Shown piece by piece: positions 12,151-23,012 of a stretch of 64,000 nucleotides of DNA (positions are counted from its first letter, which is position 1; each line of letters opens with the position of its first letter). A program made the position numbers and the translations under genes. Under the pieces are notes generated by a model. That model was not told where the DNA came from. It made no database searches and saw only the letters and a program-made list of their open reading frames with translations. Source of the DNA: Macrostomum lignano (taxonomy: Eukaryota); contig NIVC01001233.1 in NCBI GenBank assembly GCA_002269645.1, positions 62,001 through 126,000 on the forward strand, given 5' to 3'.

Positions 12151-13661
12151 ATGCACGAAGAAGGGAAATTAGAAAATGCACCTCCTGGCTTGTCGATGCC
12201 ATCACATTTGGCGGCCTCTGCTGGAGCCACCGGTGCCCCACTGAATCTGAATGGCGACCCCGACGACTTGACCCTGTGGGAGTCGAGTCCCCAGGGCACT
12301 GTTGAGTCCACGCCAATCCACAGCAGCTTGGAGAGCACCAAGGCTCGGGTGGCGCTGCACCTCAACAATCGGCCCGACAGGCGCCGTCTTGTTGACTATC
12401 ACATCCTCATTGACACGGCCAGCAACCCCGGCGTGTCCCCTATTCTGCACGAGGCGCAGAAGCAGTTGAAAAAGCAGAAATTACGCGACGAGCTCAATTC
12501 TAAATTGGCGGCCAGGCCCGGCGCATTAGAGGTGGCCGAGAAAGGCTATTTGCCGCTGAGCATGGGCGCTCAGACGCTGCTCAAGGACGGCTGCATTCCC
12601 TTCACTAAGGTTGCTGACGGCTTTGCTGACACAGCCGCCTCCTCCAGCGGTCTGCCTGTCCTTGGCGATGATTCTCTCAGTGCCAGCTCGCCGCCGCCGC
12701 CTCTCCCGGCCCCTGTCTCAGCCTCCGCCACCGTCCTTGCCTCAGCCTCATCGTCAGTCTTAAATACAACTTTGACAGCGGCTGCTGCAGCCGGCCATGC
12801 GACATCGTCAACGGCAACGCCTAGTAGCTCCCGCAGGCGTGCGGGCGGCGCCGCTAAGGTTGGCAAGAAAACGCCCAACGGGCCCAATAGCAGTCAGCGT
12901 ATTGAGAAGTTTGGCGGCCTCACCTTTCATCAGTACGTGCCGCCCGGGCCAGCCAATCGATGCCGCGAAGATCAACAGCGCATGTACCTCCGCATGGAGG
13001 CTGAGCGGTCCCGACTGATGGATGAACTGCTGACCGAGATGGCCGGGCCAAGTGGCGCCGCGCCCGGCTCTGGCCGGCTCGATCAGCACCTGTCCTCCAC
13101 TCAGCTGCGGGCCGAGTGCAGCAAGCGCGGCCTGAAGCGGTCCGGCACTAAGGAGCAGCTCGCCGCCCAGCTAGAGCCCTACCGGCGGGAGTTGGCCGCC
13201 GCCTATGGATTCCCCTGTCCGCCGCCTCCTGCACCGCCGCCGCCGCCTCCGCCGCCACCACCGCCTCGGCTGGCTCAGTCTATATCGGTGGCCAGAGGCC
13301 CAGCAAAATCCGATTCATCAACTTCAGGTGCCGCGTCCGCCGCCTCCGCTGCCGCTGTCACCAACGGCCCAGCTTCTATTGGCAACATGTCGGCCCTGGG
13401 CTACGCTTCAAGTAGCCTCGCTCGATCCTCGTCTGAGGGAGCCGCACTGCAGCAGTTGCAGTATCAGCAGCAGCAGCAGCAGAGGCTGCAACAGAGCAGG
13501 CTGGCCTACTGCCTGGTGCCCGTGTACCTTGATGCCAGTCAGGAGAATCCAGGCCAGCAACAGCAGCTACAGCATCCCATTCAGCAGCAGCAGGGCAACT
13601 CTCAACAGCACGGGTTTGCCATGGATTTTCCGGCTGGGTCTTTTGTTGTTAGCGATCTGAG
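12151..13661 (+). CDS. MRTF: Myocardin-related transcription factor (MRTF/MKL-like), exon 1
   Basis: RPEL-like RPDRRRLVDYHIL and RPGALEVAEKGYL with the conserved spacer QLKKQKLRDELNSKL; basic-box end FHQYVPP; QQRMYLRME; SAP domain QLRAECSKRGLKRSGTKEQLAAQL. Donor AG|GTGAGT at 13662 (phase 2). Confidence 0.88.
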
Positions 13662-13711
13662 GTGAGTGTGGGACGTAGTTGGAAGATACGCTTGTCCGCG
13701 GGGTTTCTGTT

Positions 13712-16700
13712 TAGGGATCTGTTTAGGGATTTGAATGTTCCTTTTTAGGGATCTGAAAGTTCCTGTTTAAGAATTTGAATGTTCCTGTTTAGGGATTTGA
13801 ACGTTCCTTTTTAGGGATTTAAAAGATCCTGTTTAAGAATTTGAATGTTCCTGTTTAGGGATTTGATGAATGTGCCTGTTTAGGGATCTGAATGTTCCTG
13901 TTTAGGGATCTGAATGTTCCTGTTTAGAGATTTGAATGTTCCTTTTTAGGGATCTGAATGTTCCTGTTTAGGGATCTGAATGTTTTTGTTTAGAGATTTT
14001 AATGTTCCTGTTTAGGGATCTGAGTGTGCCTGTTTGAGGATTTGAATTTTCCTGTTTAGAGATTTGAATGTTCCTTTTTAGGGATCTACATGTTCCTATT
14101 TAGGGATCTGAATGTTCCTGTTTTGGGACTTGAATGTTTATGTTTAGAGATTTAAATGTTCCTGTTTAGGGATCTGAATGATCCTGTTTAAGGATCTGAA
14201 TGTTCCTGTTTAGGGATCTGAATGTTCCTGTTTGGATCTGAGTGTGCCTGTTTGAGGATCTGAATGTTCCTGTTTAAGAATTTGAATGTTCATGTTTAGG
14301 GATTTGAATGTTCCTGTTTAGGGATTTGAATGTTCCTGTTTAGGGATCTGAATGTTCCTGTTTAGGGATCTGAATGTTTTTGTTTAGAGATTTGAATGTT
14401 TCCTTTTTAGGGATCTGAATGTTCCTGTTTAGGGATCTGAGTGTGCCTGTTTAGGGATCTGAATGTTCCTGTTTAGGGATCTGAGTGTGCCTGTTTGAGG
14501 ATTTGAATGTTCCGGTTTAGAGATTTGAAAGTTCCTTTTTAGGGATCTGAATGTTCCTGTTTAGGTATTTGAATGTTCCTGTTTAGAGATTTGAAAGTTC
14601 CTTTTTAGGGATCTGAATGTTCCTGTTTAGGGATCTGAATGTTCCTGTTTAGAGAGATCTGAGTGTGCCTGTTTAGGGATCTGAGTGTGCCTGTTTGAGG
14701 ATTTAAAGGTTCCTGTTTAGAGATTTGAAAGTTCCTTTTTAGGGATCTGAATGTTCCTGTTTAGGGATCTGAGTGTGCCTGTTTAGGGATCTGAATGTTC
14801 CTTTTTTGAAATTTGAATGTTCCTGTTTAGGGATCTGAATGTTCCTGTTTAGAGATTTGAATGTTCTTGTTTAGGGATTTGAATGTTCCTGTTTAGGGAT
14901 TTGAATGTTCCTGTTTAGGGATCTGAATGTTCCTGTTTAGGGATCTGAATGTTTTTGTTTAGAGATTTGAATGTTTCCTTTTTAGGGATCTGAATGTTCC
15001 TGTTTAGGGATCTGAATGTTCCTGTTTAGAGAGATCTGAGTGTGCCTGTTTAGGGATCTGAGTGTGCCTGTTTGAGGATTTAAAGGTTCCTGTTTAGAGA
15101 TTTGAAAGTTCCTTTTTAGGGATCTGAATGTTCCTGTTTAGGGATCTGAGTGTGCCTGTTTAGGGATCTGAATGTTCCTTTTTTGAAATTTGAATGTTCT
15201 TGTTTAGGTATCTGAATGTTCCTGTTTAGGGATCTGAGTGTGCCTGTTTAGGGATCTGAATGTTCCTTTTTTGAAATTTGAATGTTCCTGTTTAGGGATC
15301 TGAATGTTCCTGTTTAGAGATTTGAATGTTCTTGTTTAGGTATTTGAATGTTCCTGTTTAGGTATCTGAATGTTCCTGTTTAGGTATTTGAATGTTCCTG
15401 TTTAGGTATCTGAATGTTCCTGTTTAGGTATTTGAATGTTCTTGTTTAGGTATTTGAATGTTCCTGTTTAGGTATTTGAATGTTCCTGTTTAGGTATTTG
15501 AATGTTCCTGTTTAGGTATTTGAATGTTCCTGTTTAGGTATTTGAATGTTCCTGTTTAGGTATTTGAATGTTCCTGTTTAGGTATTTGAATGTTCCTGTT
15601 TAGGGATCTGAGTGTGCCTGTTTAGGGATCTGAATGTTCCTTTTTTGAAATTTGAATGTTCCTGTTTAGGGATCTGAATGTTCCTGTTTAGAGATTTGAA
15701 TGTTCTTGTTTAGGTATTTGAATGTTCTTGTTTAGGTATTTGAATGTTCCTGTTTAGGTATCTGAATGTTCCTGTTTAGAGATTTGAATGTTCCTGTTTA
15801 GGTATCTGAATGTTCCTGTTTAGGTATTTGAATGTTCCTGTTTAGGTATCTGAATGTTCCTGTTTAGGTATTTGAATGTTCTTGTTTAGGTATTTGAATG
15901 TTCCTGTTTAGGTATTTGAATGTTCTTGTTTAGGTATTTGAATGTTCCTGTTTAGGTATCTGAATGTTCCTGTTTAGGTATTTGAATGTTCCTGTTTAGG
16001 TATTTGAATGTTCTTGTTTAGGTATTTGAATGTTCCTGTTTAGGTATCTGAATGTTCCTGTTTAGGTATCTGAATGTTCCTGTTTAGGTATTTGAATGTT
16101 CCTGTTTAGGTATTTGAATGTTCTTGTTTAGGTATTTGAATGTTCCTGTTTAGGTATCTGAATGTTCCTGTTTAGGTATTTGAATGTTCCTGTTTAGGTA
16201 TTTGAATGTTCTTGTTTAGGTATTTGAATGTTCCTGTTTAGGTATCTGAATGTTCCTGTTTAGGTATTTGAATGTTCTTGTTTAGGTATTTGAATGTTCC
16301 TGTTTAGGTATCTGAATGTTCCTGTTTAGGTATTTGAATGTTCCTGTTTAGGTATTTGAATGTTCTTGTTTAGGTATTTGAATGTTCCTGTTTAGGTATC
16401 TGAATGTTCCTGTTTAGGTATCTGAATGTTCCTGTTTAGGTATTTGAATGTTCCTGTTTAGGTATTTGAATGTTCTTGTTTAGGTATTTGAATGTTCCTG
16501 TTTAGGTATCTGAATGTTCCTGTTTAGGGATCTGAATGTTCCTGTTTAGAGATTTGAATGTTCCTGTTTAGGTATCTGAATGTTCCTGTTTAGGTATTTG
16601 AATGTTCCTGTTTAGGTATCTGAATGTTCCTGTTTAGGTATTTGAATGTTCTTGTTTAGGTATTCGAATGTTCCTGTTTAGGTATCTGAATGTTCCTGTT

Positions 16701-18555
16701 TAGGTATTTGAATGTTCCTGTTTAGGTATTTGAATGTTCTTGTTTAGGTATTTGAATGTTCCTGTTTAGGTATCTGAATGTTCCTGTTTAGGTATCTGAA
16801 TGTTCCTGTTTAGGTATTTGAATGTTCTTGTTTAGGTATTTGAATGTTCCTGTTTAGGTATTTGAATGTTCTTGTTTAGGTATTTGAATGTTCCTGTTTA
16901 GGTATCTGAATGTTCCTGTTTAGGTATTTGAATGTTCCTGTTTAGGTATCTGAATGTTCCTGTTTAGGTATTTGAATGTTCTTGTTTAGGTATTTAAATG
17001 TTCCTGTTTAGGTATTTGAATGTTCTTGTTTAGGTATTTGAATGTTCCTGTTTAGGTATCTGAATGTTCCTGTTTAGGTATCTGAATGTTCCTGTTTAGG
17101 TATTTGAATGTTCCTGTTTAGGTATTTGAATGTTCTTGTTTAGGTATTTGAATGTTCCTGTTTAGGTATTTGAATGTTCCTGTTTAGGTATCTGAATGTT
17201 CCTGTTTAGGTATCTGAATGTTCCTGTTTAGGTATTTGAATGTTCCTGTTTAGGGATCTGAATGTTCCTGTTTAGAGATTTGAATGTTCCTGTTTAGGTA
17301 TCTGAATGTTCCTGTTTAGGTATTTGAATGTTCCTGTTTAGGTATCTGAATGTTCCTGTTTAGGTATTTGAATGTTCTTGTTTAGGTATTTGAATGTTCC
17401 TGTTTAGGTATTTGAATGTTCTTGTTTAGGTATTTGAATGTTCCTGTTTAGGTATCTGAATGTTCCTGTTTAGGTATTTGAATGTTCTTGTTTAGGTATT
17501 TGAATGTTCCTGTTTAGGTATTTGAATGTTCTTGTTTAGGTATTTGAATGTTCCTGTTTAGGTATCTGAATGTTCCTGTTTAGGTATTTGAATGTTCCTG
17601 TTTAGGTATTTGAATGTTCTTGTTTAGGTATTTGAATGTTCCTGTTTAGGTATCTGAATGTTCCTGTTTAGGTATCTGAATGTTCCTGTTTAGGTATTTG
17701 AATGTTCCTGTTTAGGTATTTGAATGTTCTTGTTTAGGTATTTGAATGTTCCTGTTTAGGTATCTGAATGTTCCTGTTTAGGTATTTGAATGTTCCTGTT
17801 TAGGTATCTGAATGTTCCTGTTTAGGTATTTGAATGTTCTTGTTTAGGTATTTGAATGTTCCTGTTTAGGTATTTGAATGTTCTTGTTTAGGTATTTGAA
17901 TGTTCCTGTTTAGGTATCTGAATGTTCCTGTTTAGGTATTTGAATGTTCCTGTTTAGGTATTTGAATGTTCTTGTTTAGGTATTTGAATGTTCCTGTTTA
18001 GGTATCTGAATGTTCCTGTTTAGGTATCTGAATGTTCCTGTTTAGGTATTTGAATGTTCCTGTTTAGGTATTTGAATGTTCTTGTTTAGGTATTTGAATG
18101 TTCCTGTTTAGGTATCTGAATGTTCCTGTTTAGGTATTTGAATGTTCCTGTTTAGAGATTTGAATGTTCCTGTTTAGGGATCTGAATGTTTCTTTTTAGG
18201 GATCTGAATGTGCCTATTTAGGGATCTGAATGTTCCTGTTTGAGGATTTGAATGTTCTTGTTTAGGGATCTGAATGTTCCTGTTTGAGGATTTGAATGTT
18301 CTTGTTTAGGGATTTGAATATTCCTGTTTAGGGATTTGAATGTTCCTGTTTAGGGATCTGAATGTTCCTGTTTAGGGATCTGAATGTTCCTGTTTGAGGA
18401 TTTGAATGTTCTTGTTTAGGGATCTGAATGTTCCTGTTTGAGGATTTGAATGTTCTTGTTTAGGGATTTGAATATTCCTGTTTAGGGATTTGAATGTTCC
18501 TGTTTAGGGATTTGAATGTTTCTTTTTAGGGATCTGAATGTGCCTATTTAGGGTT
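13712..18555. repeat. 22-bp minisatellite (~4.8 kb, ~220 units) filling MRTF intron 1
   Basis: Unit TGAATGTTCCTGTTTAG-G(G/T)AT(C/T); AGGGAT variants at both ends and AGGTAT variants in the centre. Confidence 0.97.
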
Positions 18556-18634
18556 CTGAGAGGGTTTTAGTCGCAGTACACGTTGACTCAGCAGTAAGCA
18601 CACGGTAAACCGAATGTGTGTCCAACCGATTTAG

Positions 18635-18861
18635 GTCCAGCATGCCGTCCAGCAGTACAGGCAACTTGCGAGCCTGGCTGGCGTCAAACTCCCAGCAGCA
18701 GCAGCAGCAGCAGGCGCAGCATCCGCATCAGCATCATCTAAGCGAGGGCGGCTCCAACGGGCAGGATGTCTCCGATATAGACCTGCTTGACCAGCTGATT
18801 CGCGAGAGCTCGTCTGCCGATTCCCAGCAGGAGCAAATGCTGACCGCGACTCCGGCTGTTT
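18635..18861 (+). CDS. MRTF: MRTF-like exon 2 (polyQ, acidic)
   Basis: Acceptor GATTTAG|G is phase 2, matching exon 1. Donor T|GTGAGC is phase 1. GC-rich coding. Confidence 0.75.
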
Positions 18862-18924
18862 GTGAGCATCTCTGCAGTATTTATTACTGCTTGTTCACTG
18901 AATCACCGGGAAAACAGCTATATG

Positions 18925-19640
18925 GTAACCCAGTAAATGACCGGGTAAACAACTGGATAACAGGCCAGTGAATCACCGGTGAAACAACTGGATAACAGCC
19001 TAGTGAAGGGGTCGCTTCATAAGCTCGAAATTTCATTATCCTCGAAAATTGTAGCAAGCGACTTCACAAGCTCGAAATTTCACAACCTCGAAAACCATTT
19101 TAGCAGGCGACTTCACAAGCTGCTAGAATGGTTTTCGAGGTTGTGAAATTTCGAGCTTGTGAAAGCAACCCCTAGTGAATCACTGGTGAAACAGCTGGAT
19201 AACAAAGCCAGTGAATCACTGGTGAAACAGCTGGATAACAAGGCCAGTGAATCACCGGTGAAACAGTTGGATAACAGGCCAGTGAATCACCGGTGAAACA
19301 GTTGGATAACAGGCCAGTGAATCACCAGTGAAAAAGTTGAATAACAGGCCAGTGAATCATTGGTGAAACAGTTGGATAACAGGCCAGTGAATCATCGGTG
19401 AAACAGTTGGATAACAGGCCAGTGAATCACCGGTGAAACAGTTGGATAACAGGCCAGTGAATCACCAGTGAAACAGTTGGATAACAGGCCAGTGAATCAT
19501 CGGTGAAACAGCTGGATAACAAGGCCAGTGAATCACCGGTGAAACAGTTGGATAACAGGCCAGTGAATCACCAGTGAAAAAGTTGAATAACAGGCCAGTG
19601 AATCACCAGTGAAAAAGTTGAATAACAGGCCAGTGAATCC
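18925..19640. repeat. 35-bp minisatellite in MRTF intron 2
   Basis: Unit CCAGTGAATCACCGGTGAAACAGTTGGATAACAGG; interrupted by a MITE. Confidence 0.9.
19008..19172. mobile_element. 165-bp foldback MITE with GGGG termini
   Basis: ~28-bp TIR GGGGT(C/T)GCTT(T)CA(T/C)AAGCTCGAAATTTCA; TAGTGAA duplicated on both sides (19001-19007, 19173-19179). Confidence 0.8.
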
Positions 19641-19711
19641 CAGGGGGAATCAGCGGTTCTCTTTGCCCCAGCAAAACCGGTTGCCCCAACACCCCTAATC
19701 ATCCGCCGCAG

Positions 19712-20019
19712 CCAACGCTTACCGGCGCGTGCACCAGCAGCACCAGAGCGAATTCCAGCGTCCGCCCCAGTCGCCAATGCAGCTGGACGGCGTCGCCATA
19801 TTCAATGACGAGCCTCTGGCTGGTGCTGCAGTCGGCTCCGGCTATCAACAGCTGCAGCAGATGTGGGACGGCGACCCGCCGCTGATGCACAGCCTGGCGG
19901 CGCCTTCGCCCATGGACGTCGGCTCTGCCATTATCGCCGCCGACATGGACATCGATCTGGACATCAGCGTTGAGGATTACTGCTCGCCGTCTGATAGCGT
20001 CTTTATTGTTGACGCTTAA
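19712..20019 (+). CDS. MRTF: MRTF-like terminal exon (acidic, activation-domain-like)
   Basis: Acceptor CCGCAG|CC is phase 1 with a CTAAT branch-like motif upstream. Ends ...SVFIVDA* at 20019. Confidence 0.72.
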
Positions 20020-20861
20020 ATTGCTGTGATCTATGAGTTGTGTTTTGCATCACCTGCTCTGTGCAGCTGATATTATTGCTTTAATGGCACGCCTTTTCAT
20101 TCTATACATCTGCTCTCATTAGCTTTCTTCGTATTTCCTCTCTTAGCCTATAAATCGCCAATGAATGCGGCTGAAGCCTATGTCAATCCCGTAAGCTAAT
20201 TAGGACGTTGGTTCGAATCCTCACTATTCCTACATATCGGAAATCGACTCGACCTCTCTCTCACTCTCTTCCTCTGTCTCCTTCCCTTTCTCTTATCTCT
20301 GCATCTCCCTATCTCCCCTCTCTGCCTCTGTACCCCCCTGTTTCACTTCTCTCTCTCTCTCCTTTCCATTCGGACGCTTATAGACAAAGCTATCTATTCA
20401 AATAGAAACTGTGCGATCATATCATGTTTTATCGCGCTGTAAGAGCTATTTCTAATGTAATATTGTAATCACTCAACCAAAGATACGCTTCACGCCGTCA
20501 ACCCCCAGCCTCGCATTGCAATTCGCTTATTTTTTACTACTATTAACCCTGTTGTCAGTGATTTGATCGTCTTTCTTTTGTATGTGGATTAACTATTATT
20601 TAATAAGGCTATAATTATTGCAGCCCGTCTGACTGTGGTATCCAATTGGACACTTCAATCCATACGCTCGTACATACATATGCCCTATTTGTATTACTGT
20701 GTGTGCTCTATTCGAGCATTAAAATTCGTCCGAATCTAATTTCGTTTTTTTATTTGTTAAAAATTTATTATTCAGACACTTGCCTGATGTTAAATAGACA
20801 ATTGCAGCACTGCTTGTAGCCTTGTTGGACTCCGCTCCTCCTTATCACTCCTTACCACTCC

Positions 20862-21262
20862 AACCTCCATATCACCCACTCCAACCTCCATATCACGTGA
20901 CTCACATTAACCTTCATATCACGTGACCCGCTCCAACATCAATATCACGTGACTCACATTAACCTTCATATCACGTGACCCGCTCCAACATCAATATCAC
21001 GTGACTCACATTAACCTTCATATCACGTGACCCGCTCCAACATCAATATCACGTGACTCACATTAACCTTCATATCACGTGACCCGCTCCAACATCAATA
21101 TCACGTGACTCACATTAACCTTCATATCACGTGACCCGCTCCAACATCAATATCACGTGACTCACATTAACCTTCATATCACGTGACCCGCTCCAACATC
21201 AATATCACGTGACTCACTCCAACCTCCATATCACGTGACCCACTGCAAACCTCCATATCACT
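20862..21262. repeat. 26-bp alternating (52-bp dimer) tandem array carrying 14 TCACGTGA E-boxes
   Basis: Units ATATCACGTGACTCACATTAACCTTC and ATATCACGTGACCCGCTCCAACATCA alternate. Confidence 0.93.
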
Positions 21263-21934
21263 ATTAACCTCACTCATAAATGGTTTTGATATTACGAGCG
21301 TAATTTTTACGCAAACCGTTTCTTTCTTTCCAAATGGCTCACACAAGCAGTATATAATCTACAAGTTTAGCTAGCAGTTAATTCTTTAGCAAATTATTTC
21401 TTCGAATCTGTTTCCATGCCGAAGTTGACTCCTCGATGTGTTCGATTTTGTCTAAATAATTCTTTTCACTACAAGACTATTATTCAGTATCGGCCGTTTG
21501 TATATATATATATATATATATAGTGTGTGTGTGTGGGAACGAACTGTGCTGCATTCGTGCTGACGGATTTCGCCTTTTTTTCAAAGCTGGCGATTCTTTC
21601 TAGAAATATATTTATATCACATATGAATATATATGAATATTAAAGATTCAATTTTCGCAATTTTCAACCGTCCTATTATTAGTAATAAAAATAATTATTA
21701 AAATTTATCACTAATAGATGTTAACTAATTACATTTTGTGCTGCACCTGTCGATTTTTATTGATCAAAAAATAGAATTGATTGTTGCTATCGGTTCGGAT
21801 TATTATTGCTATTATTATGTATGCTAAAGTACGCTCTGTTTCAGCTGTCCCACTTGCCGGGGGCCCAGACTGTGCCAGCTTGTGCACTACCTCCGCGGTT
21901 TCCGTGTTTTGTCCCGTGGACTGCTTTTTTCCCT

Positions 21935-22022
21935 CCTATATATCTAACAAGCTGGTTTGAAGCATCTGCTTTTTTGGAAAAGTAAATTCGAACAACTAAC
22001 TCTTGTAGCAACGGTTGTAAGT
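21935..22022 (+). promoter_or_regulatory. Candidate TATA promoter and non-coding first exon of the LIM gene
   Basis: TATATA at 21937-21942 after a GC-rich stretch; donor GTAAGT at 22017. Confidence 0.35.
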
Positions 22023-22949
22023 AAATCACTAGCAGTGTGAGTCAGGCGTATATATACTCTTGTACAATGCATGCATATACATTTCGTCTTCCTAAATAAT
22101 CGGATATGCGATATTCGCTCACCATGCCCGGCCAGTTTCTATATTGCTTCATAGTCAATATATATATTCGTAGACCTTTATTATATTTTCACCCTTCCCC
22201 TCCGCGATATGTCCGGCGCCAATTTGCTGTTAACCGAATTGTCAATAGGCTAAATTTTGCGCTAACGTTTTTATCTGTGCTTTGCGCGCGCTGCATGCGT
22301 CCCCCGTGCTTACTTGTAACAGACTTTCTACTTATAAATGCATACTTATGTCAAGACTAATTTGTGCGTAAAGAGTTTGCTTGTGTGTATTAAATGGTTT
22401 GTACATGTAATAATTGTTTTGTGCTTTATTTCTTGGTCTTACAGCTAATCTTCAAATACGGAAAATTATCAAGTCATTAAGATAATAGCAATTGTCTGGA
22501 GCTTTTTTAATGTGGGAAAGGGTTGTTATTAAATAAAAATAACTCTAGGTAAAATAATTTTGTTTCTTTTTAACATTCACAGCACTATAGCAGAGATACG
22601 AGGTTAATGAAAGCAAAAGTAATGCAGATACTTACGAATTTACATATACTCTTAGATAAAATTTGTGTGCAAATGTACCCTTACTAGAATGCATTCAAAA
22701 AACTTCAAATTCGTCTTGGTTCTCTTTTTAAGAAATTAAACTAATCCAAAAAGTGTTGAGCTGTTCCAATCTCGTATATTAAATTAGATCTAAATTGTAA
22801 AAAATTATAATCATTTTGATAATCTCTGCTTTATGTACAGCTTACATGTACGAGTATATAATAATTTTGTCTCCCCAGGTGCACTACAGGCTGTCAGCAT
22901 ACACAATTGCAGACCGCGCTGAATTAGCAAGAAATTAAGTGTACCTAAA

Positions 22950-23012
22950 ATGTCACATTTTGTACGTTATCGAGAGCTGCCTCACTCGCTGAGTCAATCA
23001 ATTGCTCACCAG
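22950..23012 (+). CDS. Candidate alternative first coding exon of the LIM gene (MSHFVRYRELPHSLSQSIAHQ)
   Basis: Acceptor TTGTCTCCCCAG upstream (22878), ATG at 22950, donor CAG|GTGAGC in phase 0, compatible with the phase-0 exons at 26443 or 28379. Confidence 0.45.

Noticed and set aside
20862-21262. CRISPR-like repeat-spacer appearance
   Set aside because: The spacers alternate between two identical sequences, the context is eukaryotic, and there are no cas genes.
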